Part shown: positions 9,611-19,164 of the stretch, one piece after another
Layout of the letters: each line of letters opens with the position of its first letter
Numbering within the stretch: the stretch's first letter is position 1
Virus record (IMG/VR): IMGVR_UViG_3300025009_000100
Length of the DNA: 64,000 nucleotides
From: an uncultured virus (IMG/VR IMGVR_UViG_3300025009_000100)
Lineage: Duplodnaviria > Heunggongvirae > Uroviricota > Caudoviricetes
Reading direction: 5' to 3' (one strand)
Notes under the pieces: model-generated
Told to the model about the DNA's origin: nothing
What the model saw: only the letters and a program-made list of their open reading frames with translations
The model's database searches: none
Position numbers and translations under genes: made by a program

Positions 9611-10152
9611 TTTAAAGAAAGAATATACTTTTTTATTTTTATTTGTATTTTTGTTGCTGTTTTATTATTCACTTTCACGGCTTCTGTTGAACCGCAATAA
9701 ATACAACGTCCGTCTCTTTCTTTTATTTGGGTTGAAATTGTGCTAAACCAACGTTCTCCGTATTCTTGCATTCCTCCTTGCCAATTTGGGGCAAATTCTC
9801 CTACTCTTGGGTTATTTCTTTTTGTTTCCCTCATTTTTTGTTTGGTTTTTTCAGAATGTTTAAATCCCAGGAGCGTGTTTGCTATTTTTTGTTTAGTTTC
9901 TTCCGATAATACTCTGGACCTGTTGCTTTTTATAACTTTTTCGCGGTGTTCTTGCGTTTTATTATACGTTGTAAAAAATCCACGTTGTTTGGCGATTTCT
10001 CGCATTTTATCTCGGGTTTCCACCGAAACTTGCCGCCCCCTTACCCAATGTCCTTTTAAATACGGATTCCATTTCTTTTTTGGGATGCTCCATTTTACTG
10101 GCATCCCACATCCACATTTGCATAATGGCGCTTTCTTTTTTCTAATTACCAT
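9574..10152 (-). mobile_element. truncated NUMOD3/HNH homing endonuclease
   Basis: CKCGCG; NUMOD3 repeats (VSVETRDKM, LSEETKQKI, KHSEKTKQKM); NWQGG; IKERDGRCIYCGS, then low-complexity sequence with no HNH core. Confidence 0.75.
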
Positions 10153-10198
10153 GTTCCTCCTATAATAATATATTTCGCGCCATTATACCTTAATTATT

Positions 10199-10819
10199 TT
10201 AATAAAGCAAGTCTTTTACTTGATGAACCTTTGAAACATTATTCTGCATTGTAACCTTATAAATTTTATCGGCATACCTGCTCATTATTTCTGAATGGGT
10301 TATCATTATAATCTGCAATCCTAATTTTTCAGAAAGCATTTTAACCAGTGCGCCGACCCTTTCATGATGATTAACAGAAAGATGCTTAAACGGCTCGTCA
10401 AGTAACAATGTATTCCGGTATTTTTTTACCATACTCCAAGAAGCACACCGTAAAGCAAATGCAGCCACATCTGCAGCCCCCAGTCCCGAAAACAATAAAG
10501 GGTCAACCAATTCTTCTTGTTTTTTGAAGAACAGGTCACACTCAGTTTTATCCCTGCGTAGTTCAAACTTTACAAGAAACTCATACGCTTGGTCAAACAC
10601 GGTATTCAAACCAGTTGAAACCATATCCCCGAGCTGAAATTCTAATTGTCCTTGTGTTTGTATCGCAATTTCTTTGATGAACTCAAGCGCCCGCTGTTCC
10701 TGTAATAAAAGAACCTTTTGCTTTTTAATACTTATTTCTAAGCTTTGAATTTCATTTTGGATGTATTCTTTTTGGGCTTGTTTTTTGTTTAGGAATGTCC
10801 GGAGCTTTTTAAGATTCAT
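10199..10819 (-). CDS. SbcC/Rad50-like ATPase, C-terminal half
   Basis: coiled coil, signature-like FSGLG, Walker B LLLDEPF, H-loop ITH. Confidence 0.85.
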   Translation of the reverse strand: MNLKKLRTFLNKKQAQKEYIQNEIQSLEISIKKQKVLLLQEQRALEFIKEIAIQTQGQLEFQLGDMVSTGLNTVFDQAYEFLVKFELRRDKTECDLFFKKQEELVDPLLFSGLGAADVAAFALRCASWSMVKKYRNTLLLDEPFKHLSVNHHERVGALVKMLSEKLGLQIIMITHSEIMSRYADKIYKVTMQNNVSKVHQVKDLLY

Positions 10820-11111
10820 CGGACTCACCAGATTCATTGGCATCCTCAATCTTTGCATATTCTTCTTCGATTTCTTTCATTAAGGCATTCAGACGTGCAT
10901 TGGTTTCATCAATAGCTGCTTGCAATTCTTCTACGACTTTGTTAGCTTCTTCCAGTATTTCTTCTTCCGTTTCTTTGTCTACCTTGAGTATTTCATTCAG
11001 TTTTTTAAAATCAGACTCCAATGACCCTTTTACCCGCTCAGCTTTTTTACCGAGGTTTTCCATCTCTTCTTGATATCTAAGCAGGGTGCTTTTAATTTGT
11101 GTTTGGTTCAT
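10809..11111 (-). CDS. coiled-coil hypothetical protein
   Basis: Glu/Lys-rich heptads; lies in sbcCD cluster. Confidence 0.6.
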   Translation of the reverse strand: MNQTQIKSTLLRYQEEMENLGKKAERVKGSLESDFKKLNEILKVDKETEEEILEEANKVVEELQAAIDETNARLNALMKEIEEEYAKIEDANESGESDES

Positions 11112-11311
11112 TTGTCATCCTTTGCTCTATTTCTATTGATCCCAGTGAGTGTCCTCAAAATCATTTTAAAGCATTTATTCATATCATTTTCAAACGACAC
11201 TTCTGATTGCCAGTATAACCAGTGCCAAAACATAAATCACCTATTCACCCATTTTAAATATGACAGTCTCCCATGTTATTTTCTTGAAATGGCGCCTTGA
11301 TGTTCATTTTA

Positions 11312-11533
11312 CTAATCCTTTACATCTTCTTTTGCAGGTTTGTCAAAATATTCTTTTAAAGGTACTGTATTTTTTCTTTTCTTTTTCCTGGATAATAAAA
11401 CTTTTAGAGCTTCATCAAATTTCTCTCCTACGGTAACTTCCTGATCAAACATACAATCATTCAACGGAGCATACACATTAAACCAATTTTTGCGGATGTG
11501 TTTTAGCACCCTGGCAGCTTCTTGTTTTTTCAT
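11312..11533 (-). CDS. hypothetical protein
   Basis: ATGA-coupled to the sbcD-like gene. Confidence 0.5.
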   Translation of the reverse strand: MKKQEAARVLKHIRKNWFNVYAPLNDCMFDQEVTVGEKFDEALKVLLSRKKKRKNTVPLKEYFDKPAKEDVKD

Positions 11534-12432
11534 TTTCCCACCCATTTTAAAATTATTTCTTTGATGCTTTGGGGTACTTTATTTTTTTCCAAAGCACGTT
11601 CAATATTTTCTTCAAAAGACAGGCTGACTTTCCATGACCCTTGCAGTTTCTCCATAAAATCGTTTACTTGTTTTTCTTTTCTTTTCCGGTCTTTAATGTG
11701 TTCTCTGGACATCGCATTTTCGTTAATCCTTAGGTAATGGATGTCAAACGAGTTATCTTCCGCGTACCAAAGGAATACACATGGCTTGTGGTCCATTTGA
11801 TCTGCATCATGGCGGGTTAAAGACCCTGGATTGATAAGAAGTTGCTTGCCCTTTTTAGCCGTAAATGTTTTATGATTATGCCCGGTTATAATTAGATCAG
11901 CCCCTGGAAATAAATCAAATAATTTATTGCATTGCGGGTCTTCACAGCCTGGGTATGGTAATTCATCTTTCCAGGTCATCGTATGCAGTATAACTGCTTT
12001 TTTCTTTACCACTTTCCCAGTGGCATAATCACGCAGTCGTACTGGGTATAAGGAATCTAATTCTACCCCCCAATGGCCAGCATTTAAAATAGGATGAATC
12101 AATTCAGACCTGAAAAGTATTTCGATACCTGTTTTATGCAACAGCCCAAGACTGTGTTGTGCAAGATCATGATTCCCGATAATTGTTTGCATGTGTTTAG
12201 GAAAATGGGCAAAACAAGCATTAATTAAATTTGGGGATGCTTTCCAATGGTCAAACAGGTCACCAGAAAGCTCTACGGGGCATTCATGCTCTTTTTGTAG
12301 CTCAGATATTTGGTCCACTTTATTCCACTGTGCTTCCCAAATAGAATCCAGGCGGCAAGGGGGAGTTCTTTCTTCCTCCATCAAATGCCAATCCCCTGAG
12401 ATAATGGCATCTGCTTTTCTTTTCTTTTTCAT
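11530..12432 (-). CDS. SbcD/Mre11-like metallophosphoesterase nuclease
   Basis: DWH, GDLFD, GNHD, GHNH and NPGS motifs. Confidence 0.9.
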   Translation of the reverse strand: MKKKRKADAIISGDWHLMEEERTPPCRLDSIWEAQWNKVDQISELQKEHECPVELSGDLFDHWKASPNLINACFAHFPKHMQTIIGNHDLAQHSLGLLHKTGIEILFRSELIHPILNAGHWGVELDSLYPVRLRDYATGKVVKKKAVILHTMTWKDELPYPGCEDPQCNKLFDLFPGADLIITGHNHKTFTAKKGKQLLINPGSLTRHDADQMDHKPCVFLWYAEDNSFDIHYLRINENAMSREHIKDRKRKEKQVNDFMEKLQGSWKVSLSFEENIERALEKNKVPQSIKEIILKWVGK

Positions 12433-12441
12433 TTCAGCCTC

Positions 12442-12894
12442 TTAATTATGATGCGAGTTTTCTTTTTCTCTCAATTGGTATTCTGTATCAGCAGCGTAGC
12501 ACAATCCACCGTCTGCCATGTTTTCAGCCATCCATAAAAGGTAATTGGATGGCAGTTTTGAAATTCGGGTACCTTTGTATTTGCCAAATGGCATTACAGG
12601 GTCCTCTTTTTCTCTTTTCTTTTTGTTCGTTTGCATGCAGCCTCCTTTATTTCTGCTTAAAAATGGGAGAGCGATACATATGGCATCGCACAAAGCTGTT
12701 TTAAATTGGTCAATTGCTTTTTGAAATTGGTACAATTCCGGAATAAATAGCTTTCCATTTATTGTTACGTATTCAGCGATATACTGCAGTGATATTTGGT
12801 AAGTATCACTTACCTCAATAGCTGTATTTAGTTCCTCTGGCGATACTAACTGTTTTAAAGTACAATACGCATTTTCTTCTTCCATTGTTTGCAT
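12442..12894 (-). CDS. DUF3820-like domain protein
   Basis: MPFGKYKG...LPSNYLLW motif; internal GGAGG-ATG may be a second start. Confidence 0.6.
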   Translation of the reverse strand: MQTMEEENAYCTLKQLVSPEELNTAIEVSDTYQISLQYIAEYVTINGKLFIPELYQFQKAIDQFKTALCDAICIALPFLSRNKGGCMQTNKKKREKEDPVMPFGKYKGTRISKLPSNYLLWMAENMADGGLCYAADTEYQLREKENSHHN

Positions 12895-12895
12895 A

Positions 12896-13096
12896 TTATA
12901 AAATCCTTTTTATAATTTGAAAGTCTGTTTTAATTGATTCCCCTGCTGCTAATGTTAAAATATAGTTTTCCCAAAACCATCGTTGATCCATAGTAGATCC
13001 TTTGATTGAATTAACACTTGTAAGCCAGTCTGGCGCAGTGTTTTCATCAAATTCCTGAGTAGTCCTGAAAAATCTATGTGTCATTTCAAATTTCAT
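12896..13096 (-). CDS. hypothetical protein
   Basis: AGGA RBS; ORF fills the gap in the operon. Confidence 0.5.
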   Translation of the reverse strand: MKFEMTHRFFRTTQEFDENTAPDWLTSVNSIKGSTMDQRWFWENYILTLAAGESIKTDFQIIKRIL

Positions 13097-13104
13097 AAAA
13101 CGTC

Positions 13105-14226
13105 CTATTTCCCGCAGAGCGGACATTGTTCCGGCATTAATTCTTTGAACTTGGTTTTAGTTTCTTTGTATTTCTTTAGCATCATTTTCACTTCGTTTTG
13201 TTGCTCTGTTATTTGCCGTACCAGCAATTCTAATTCTTTCTTTTTATCCAGTTTCCCCTGAATAATTTTAAAGAAAACTGAAGCCCGGTCAACCAGTCCA
13301 GATACAGTAAGTTTTTTGCTTATAAAATTTAATGTTTCCTGATTTTTAATAACCTTACCTACCTGCATTTCAATCTCGTTTTTTTGCTTTAAATTTTCCT
13401 TTGTTTTATTATACAAGATATCCGCCTTTTTTATAAAAGGAATAAGCTTTAATTTTTTATTCAAAGGGAATAATTCCCTTTGCTTTTTTTGGATATCGTA
13501 TACCAAATCCTGTATTGCCTGAAATTGTTCATTTTTATTTGTTATCTTTTCTTGTTGCTTTTCGGCTTTAACCAGCAGCATATTTAACCTGATATACTGC
13601 ACATACTTTGCCAATTCTTCTGTTTTGCTCTTATGGATTGATTTGAGTTCATTCAGTTTTTGCTCGTTCACCCGGATAGATGATTTCCCTTTAGCAATGG
13701 CAGAATCAATCACATCAAACCCGGCAACAGAATTAAAATGCTTTGCAACATCCCCTGGGCTTTCCGCAATTAAAAAGATAGGCACCCCCCTTTCCAGTTG
13801 TCTTTGGATATTTACTTTTTGATCCATATTCAAGATCTTGGCAATTTCTTCTGGAACATTTTGGCCAAATGCTTTAAACTGTATTTCATCTTTCCCGGGT
13901 TCTTTTAAGAAATATGCTGCTTGACTGGCTTTTTCATACCTGATTTTTGTTTGATTGCTTAATATCATTTCAATTTCAGATTTCTTTGAATGCCATGTTC
14001 TCCATTCATCACCTGCCGGCCTGTTGGAAATGATTTTGTAAAAAGCATTAAAGATTGCAGATTTACCGTGGTCGCTTGGGCCGATAATCATATTCACACC
14101 GGGGCTGAAATTTAATAAAGCATGTTTATGGCATTGGACGTTCTTTAATTCGATAGATTGTATATATTGGATTGGGGGGATTGTTGAAGTGGTCACTGGC
14201 CGTGTTGTTTTATTTTTACGTTTCAT
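13105..14226 (-). CDS. SbcC/Rad50-like ATPase, N-terminal half ending at the zinc hook
   Basis: SIELKNVQCH, Walker A GPSDHGKS, coiled coil, terminal CPLCGK. Confidence 0.85.
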   Translation of the reverse strand: MKRKNKTTRPVTTSTIPPIQYIQSIELKNVQCHKHALLNFSPGVNMIIGPSDHGKSAIFNAFYKIISNRPAGDEWRTWHSKKSEIEMILSNQTKIRYEKASQAAYFLKEPGKDEIQFKAFGQNVPEEIAKILNMDQKVNIQRQLERGVPIFLIAESPGDVAKHFNSVAGFDVIDSAIAKGKSSIRVNEQKLNELKSIHKSKTEELAKYVQYIRLNMLLVKAEKQQEKITNKNEQFQAIQDLVYDIQKKQRELFPLNKKLKLIPFIKKADILYNKTKENLKQKNEIEMQVGKVIKNQETLNFISKKLTVSGLVDRASVFFKIIQGKLDKKKELELLVRQITEQQNEVKMMLKKYKETKTKFKELMPEQCPLCGK

Positions 14227-14456
14227 TTTCCATCCTCTGGTTCAATCTCATACAAAATATAGTATGGATCGTCGCCTGAAATTTCTAATATCCAATTAGC
14301 ATAGTGCCACTGCATAGTCATGCCATCATTTTCATTTTTCATGGTAGCCATTAAACAAAAGTCAGGCATTTTTATTTTTGTAGCGTTTACAAATTGATCA
14401 AGAAAAGCAGTCATACTATCTGGGGCACAATCATCCTGTTGTAATAGTTTTTTCAT
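14223..14456 (-). CDS. hypothetical protein
   Basis: 77-aa coupled ORF. Confidence 0.5.
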   Translation of the reverse strand: MKKLLQQDDCAPDSMTAFLDQFVNATKIKMPDFCLMATMKNENDGMTMQWHYANWILEISGDDPYYILYEIEPEDGK

Positions 14457-14458
14457 AT

Positions 14459-15298
14459 TTACTCCCTCTCATCCATAAAATATTCTGTGATTATTTGTTG
14501 CCAGGTTTTACCGATCTTGCCTTTATGCGGATAACCCGGCAAGGCCCTTTTCGGGTATTTCTTTTTATGCCATTTCAAAATCTTTTTATATTTTCTTTTC
14601 CCGAATACTTCTGCTTTTTCTTTTTCATTCGGGTGGATGTATTTGGATGGTAACCGGGTACTTGGCGGACATTCCAGATAATCGGCCAGGTTCCGGAGTA
14701 AAGCAACCAAATCAATAAATTTATGCAGGCCGTATCGTTTGTATGTCTTGTAGACTTTTCCTTCAAAAGAATTCGCTTGAAAATGCAACACACCACGGAT
14801 AAGCCCTTTTCCTTCTGGGCCGGATAATTCACTTTTCAATTTATGCTGATGGTCTAAGGTGGTATCACCCCATTTAATTCTTTGTTTTATAATAGGGCAA
14901 TATCCATCCTGGAGCAGGTAAAGTTTTTGTTTTAATTCTTGGGCAGTTTTTTGCGTTAATTGGATGCAATCTGGGGCATGCCTTTCCTTATCTACAAACT
15001 TGCCCCAATCTATTTTTTTTACTGGCCTGTTTCTGGCAGTTATTATCGGTAGTATTGGTGGTTTTACTTCTGGTTTGGTGGTAATATGTTTTACGGATAT
15101 TTTTACTTTCCGTTTGGGTTTTACTTCTGGTTTGGTGGTAATATGTTTTACGGATATTTTTACTTTCCGTTTGGGTTTTACTTCTGGTTTGGTGGTAATA
15201 TGTTTTACGGATATTTTTACTTTCCGTTTGGGTTTTATTCCTGGTTTTGTTTTTCGTTTCATTACCCGTTTCATTATCCGTTTCATTATCCGTTTCAT
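14459..15298 (-). CDS. endonuclease VII-like Holliday junction resolvase with repetitive basic N-terminus
   Basis: QDGYCPI...LDHQH...IRGVLHFQANSFEG...LRNLADYL. Confidence 0.8.
   Translation of the reverse strand: MKRIMKRIMKRVMKRKTKPGIKPKRKVKISVKHITTKPEVKPKRKVKISVKHITTKPEVKPKRKVKISVKHITTKPEVKPPILPIITARNRPVKKIDWGKFVDKERHAPDCIQLTQKTAQELKQKLYLLQDGYCPIIKQRIKWGDTTLDHQHKLKSELSGPEGKGLIRGVLHFQANSFEGKVYKTYKRYGLHKFIDLVALLRNLADYLECPPSTRLPSKYIHPNEKEKAEVFGKRKYKKILKWHKKKYPKRALPGYPHKGKIGKTWQQIITEYFMDERE
15061..15238. repeat. 57-bp tandem repeat, 3 copies plus a partial copy
   Basis: units start at 15061, 15118 and 15175; encodes KPKRKVKISVKHITTKPEV. Confidence 0.95.
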
Positions 15299-15311
15299 TA
15301 TTTAGATTTTC

Positions 15312-15878
15312 CTATTTATTGTAAGAACCGATCCGGAAATGCATTTGAAACGCTTTGATAATTTTGAGATACTTTCTTGGCTCTGTTATTTTTCGCCATT
15401 TACCTTCTTCTTCACCCCATTTAGCAACCGGGGTCGGCATTGATTTATGGCTATTCATTTCAAAAATAAAATTGCCTTTTCTTTGTAATGGTACATTCAG
15501 GGTGGCAATCATATATTGAGGATGATATACAGATAAAAACTTATTTTTAGCAGCCCCTTTCAATGTCCCAATAACAAATTGTCTATTCATGCATTCCTGC
15601 TCCACAGCCAATTCATCCAGGCTCAGAATTGGTAAAGGGCCAAGGAAGGCCAAAACCATTTCACTGCAAGCCCAGGCCCCCATAGAATAATGACAGATTT
15701 TCATTCCTGCTGGAGGGAAATTATCATGGGCCAAAGGGGGATAATGTTTAAAAAAAATAACATAAATGCCATCCAAAATAGGAGTGCCAAATTGAATATG
15801 TTTTGTGAATATATCACCAGGTAAAGATAGTTGATACCCTTGCCCTTTAGATGATATTCTTTTGCTTTTTATTTTCAT
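15312..15878 (-). CDS. hypothetical protein
   Basis: 188-aa ORF in operon. Confidence 0.6.
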   Translation of the reverse strand: MKIKSKRISSKGQGYQLSLPGDIFTKHIQFGTPILDGIYVIFFKHYPPLAHDNFPPAGMKICHYSMGAWACSEMVLAFLGPLPILSLDELAVEQECMNRQFVIGTLKGAAKNKFLSVYHPQYMIATLNVPLQRKGNFIFEMNSHKSMPTPVAKWGEEEGKWRKITEPRKYLKIIKAFQMHFRIGSYNK

Positions 15879-15890
15879 AATACCGGTGCC

Positions 15891-17033
15891 TTAAAACTTT
15901 CTTTTACGGTTTAACTTCAGCTTTTCTTCCAGTTCATTCCAGCACGATTGAACGGCCTTAAAAAGGATTTTTTCTTTTCCTTTTTCTTCAATGTATTGGA
16001 TCAGTTTTGGCTGGGTCATTTCAACGTTTAATTCGGTGGCTGTGATGGTCTGTTTTGGCTTCACCCAGTATTTATTTGTGACCAGAAAATCCAGGCAGGA
16101 TTCAATATCGTCAATCCCATAATCATAATAGATTGGGAATCCGACTTCCCGGAGCTTTCCGGTGAATTTGTTCTTTGAGATCTTTATGACTGTTTTAACC
16201 CCAATTTTATGGGGTACCCCGGCAACCGTTTTGGTGATTGCTCCGGCATACGTCAGCCAGGCTTCAATGCTGGAATAAAATTTTAAAGCTTTTCCTCCGG
16301 CCCTGTATTGTTTAACAAACGAAAATGCATCCAGGTTATCCCTGGTTTGGCTAATGATAATCAGTATTGATTTTGTTTTGGAAAGCTTGCCGCAAATCTG
16401 CCGAAACATCTGGGAAGCTTTCTTCTGTTTGGTTGCCTGAAAGCTGCCTTTTATTTTAGATAAATTGCCTTTCTTTCGGTGCTCCCTGTTTTCAAGTTCT
16501 TTTGCTATTTCGGCGTCGGCATCAATTGCATCGAATGAATCCAAAATGTAAATAAAGGGCTTTTCTGAATCAACAGCATCCATAACATGGTCAAAGAACT
16601 GTTCAATGGTTGATGAAAAAACAAGCTCTCCTGTTTCAGTATCAATGGAAGGGGGTTTCACCCTGGAACAAAAAGAAGACCCGAAAAGTTTTTCATGATC
16701 AAACGAATCTGCAAATTCGGCATCATCATAGATCAACGCATAATCAGCGTATTTCTTGCTGTTTGCCATTGCGGCCATACCGGATAAGGCAAGAAAGGAT
16801 TTCCCAGAAGAAGAATCTCCAACCAGGTTAATCATCCGGCCTTCCAGGTACGCACCAGAATATCTGTCAGAACAAGCAAGGTTAAAAAGAATAGAACCAG
16901 AAGGAACCCACAATTTACCATTTTGACTTTCTGGTTTCACCTCTTTTTCTTCTTTCACATGTTCCCGGATTTGTTCCCTTAGGTTATCCCCTGAAGATGG
17001 CCTGGACATAGATTTAACTTTTCTTTTTATCAT
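15891..17033 (-). CDS. RecA/UvsX-like recombinase
   Basis: GDSSSGKS, ILDS, IISQTR, AGGKALKFYSS, KNK. Confidence 0.9.
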   Translation of the reverse strand: MIKRKVKSMSRPSSGDNLREQIREHVKEEKEVKPESQNGKLWVPSGSILFNLACSDRYSGAYLEGRMINLVGDSSSGKSFLALSGMAAMANSKKYADYALIYDDAEFADSFDHEKLFGSSFCSRVKPPSIDTETGELVFSSTIEQFFDHVMDAVDSEKPFIYILDSFDAIDADAEIAKELENREHRKKGNLSKIKGSFQATKQKKASQMFRQICGKLSKTKSILIIISQTRDNLDAFSFVKQYRAGGKALKFYSSIEAWLTYAGAITKTVAGVPHKIGVKTVIKISKNKFTGKLREVGFPIYYDYGIDDIESCLDFLVTNKYWVKPKQTITATELNVEMTQPKLIQYIEEKGKEKILFKAVQSCWNELEEKLKLNRKRKF

Positions 17034-17065
17034 TTATCATGTTCCTTTTGTTCCTTTTATTCTTT

Positions 17066-17479
17066 TTATTCCTTTACCGGGATTTCCCCGTATTCAAGTA
17101 TTTCCAGCCGTTGAATGATCTGCTGCAACAAATGCTGGTCAAGTTTTTTCTTTTTAAATTCAGTGATTACTTCTTCTTTATACTCATTCCATCGTAGGGA
17201 CATTTGGTCCGCTGATTTCCATCCGATTTGACTTGCGTTCTTAATACATTTATCTTGCCACTCCCGCACTAAATAAACAGTCACTTGTTCCAATAAAATT
17301 TCAAGTTCTGGGAGTTTTTCAATGAAAGGGAGTAATAACTCCTGGAAAACTTCAGAACGAGTTTTTGAGGATAAAATAGCATGGAGAGCGATTCGATGGG
17401 AATCAGCCCTGGCAATATAACAGCCGACTAACTTATCTGGTGCGGGGGGCTTAAGGAATCCATTTTTATACTGTGCCAT
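17066..17479 (-). CDS. hypothetical protein (possible RHH-like N-terminus)
   Basis: GGAG RBS before ATG 17479; start moved out of the tRNA-like element. Confidence 0.5.
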   Translation of the reverse strand: MAQYKNGFLKPPAPDKLVGCYIARADSHRIALHAILSSKTRSEVFQELLLPFIEKLPELEILLEQVTVYLVREWQDKCIKNASQIGWKSADQMSLRWNEYKEEVITEFKKKKLDQHLLQQIIQRLEILEYGEIPVKE

Positions 17480-17502
17480 CTTCTTTCTCTCCATACTATT
17501 TA

Positions 17503-17582
17503 TTGTTGGGGCAGGATTTGAACCTGCATACAAGTACCTTCCGCCTTGCCTGATCTGCGTCTACCTATTCCGCCACCCAACA
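17503..17582 (-). tRNA. tRNA-Leu(CAA)-like RNA with unpaired anticodon stem (pseudo-tRNA)
   Basis: acceptor TGTTGGG/CCCAACA; D arm GCGGAATAGGTAGACGC; T arm GCAGG-TTCAAAT-CCTGC; discriminator A; CAA at 34-36 by register. Confidence 0.7.
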
Positions 17583-17611
17583 ATTTTGGTTATTGGTTAA
17601 TTACCTGGTAG

Positions 17612-18997
17612 TCATTCATCCTGCATTGAATCGTATTCATCAAAACAAGCATCATGCTTTTTACAGGTGTCTTCATCGCATTCATCATGATCCCCGAATT
17701 CCTCACCAAATACATGGCCGTGCGGACATTTGCCTGAAGCCCCTTTCTTGGCTTTTTTATCCGCTCCCTTGCCGGATTTGTCTTGCTTTTTGGATTTCGG
17801 TGGGGGATCATCTTCTTCTTCATCCTCGTCATCATCTTCTTCTGGCTCCGGCTTCTTTTTACCGGATTTTGCAGGCTTTGTGGATTTGGAGGTTTCTTTC
17901 TTTTTACCCTTTTTCGGTTTTTCAATCCCAAGTTCTTCCGCCAGGGCCTCTCGCAGGGCATCCTCAGAATCAATTTCATCTTCATCAATTTCAAAGTCCA
18001 GGGATTCGGCAAGGGCAACCAGTTCATCTTCATCCATGGATTCTAATTCATCCCAGGATTCCGGCTGTTCTACTTCTTCCGAATCACTATCATTGTCGCC
18101 GTCATCATCGTCTTCCGGCTCTGGTTCGGGTCTTTTCTTTCCCTTTGCCGGTTTGGATTTATCTGCTTTCCCGGCTTCCCTGGAACCTTTTTTTGTTTTT
18201 CTGGAAGTTTTTTCATCTTCATCATCTTCCTCCTCAGAATCATCATCTTCATCCTCGTCCATACCTTCCAGAATTGCCTGGATTTCCTTAAACGTCCGGA
18301 TATTCGGCAGGATCACATCATCCAGGCAGGGAACTTCTTCCAGAATGGATTCATCGTAGTCATCCCGTTCGATAAAGTCAATCCGATCACATTTGGAAAA
18401 TTTGGTTTTGTCAAATACTTCTTCCAACAACCGGATCTTTAAAGAATACCCGCCTTCCAGCAGCGGGAAGTTTTCCCATTCTTCTTCACCGTTTTCCAGT
18501 TCAACGCAAAGCTGCTCAAAGAACAAGAAATCAGAAATGTCCCACAAAACGATCTTGCCTTTCAGTTCTTTGTTACCGGATAGCATCTTGAGAGCAAACA
18601 ATGATCGTTCTGATGCCCGGTAAGCTCCGGCAAGTTTGTTGTCCAGGTCAGGGTCATCGAAAATCTCCTGCCGTTTCTGGCATAACGGGCACGGTTTTCC
18701 GATAGTTGTTGGGCATACGATATCCATTTTATTCGGCCCAACATTTCTGTGCAGTTTGTACGGCATCCTGTACCAAATACCTTCCGTGATGTATTCACCT
18801 TCCATATGTAATTTTGGGTTTTTCACTTCATACGGGAGGATATCAACCTTGTACAACCCAGGTTCCTCTTTCCAGAGTTGCATTCCTTTTGGGATACTGA
18901 GCCATTTTTTCCCAAGTTTTCTATTTTTTCTGGATTCCCTGGCTCCGGCACCCATTGAGGCCCCACGCCTCTTGTTTTCACGTTTACTCTTTTTCAT
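17612..18997 (-). CDS. single-stranded DNA-binding protein (gp32-like core) with long acidic tail
   Basis: KVDILPY, H..VG...VCP..GKPCPLC, GYSLKI; very acidic C-terminal half; terminal Cys/His cluster. Confidence 0.75.
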   Translation of the reverse strand: MKKSKRENKRRGASMGAGARESRKNRKLGKKWLSIPKGMQLWKEEPGLYKVDILPYEVKNPKLHMEGEYITEGIWYRMPYKLHRNVGPNKMDIVCPTTIGKPCPLCQKRQEIFDDPDLDNKLAGAYRASERSLFALKMLSGNKELKGKIVLWDISDFLFFEQLCVELENGEEEWENFPLLEGGYSLKIRLLEEVFDKTKFSKCDRIDFIERDDYDESILEEVPCLDDVILPNIRTFKEIQAILEGMDEDEDDDSEEEDDEDEKTSRKTKKGSREAGKADKSKPAKGKKRPEPEPEDDDDGDNDSDSEEVEQPESWDELESMDEDELVALAESLDFEIDEDEIDSEDALREALAEELGIEKPKKGKKKETSKSTKPAKSGKKKPEPEEDDDEDEEEDDPPPKSKKQDKSGKGADKKAKKGASGKCPHGHVFGEEFGDHDECDEDTCKKHDACFDEYDSMQDE

Positions 18998-19164
18998 TTG
19001 TTCTCCTTTCGTTCTGTTTCTACTGTTTGTCCTTCTATTTTCTTCACTATTTCCGCAATTTGATGTAAAACCCCTAAGGCAAAATTACGCCCAGCTAAAT
19101 ACGCCATCAAAATAATTGCAAGCGTGCCGCAAATGGAAATAATTAATGTTTCTAAAAAATTCAT
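18994..19164 (-). CDS. small membrane protein (56 aa)
   Basis: MNFLETLIISICGTLAIILMAYLAG...; ATGA overlaps at both ends; below the ORF-track size cutoff. Confidence 0.55.
   Translation of the reverse strand: MNFLETLIISICGTLAIILMAYLAGRNFALGVLHQIAEIVKKIEGQTVETERKENK

Noticed and set aside
15061..15238. CRISPR array
   Set aside because: Contiguous in-frame tandem repeats with no unique spacers; the same applies to 30249..30356.
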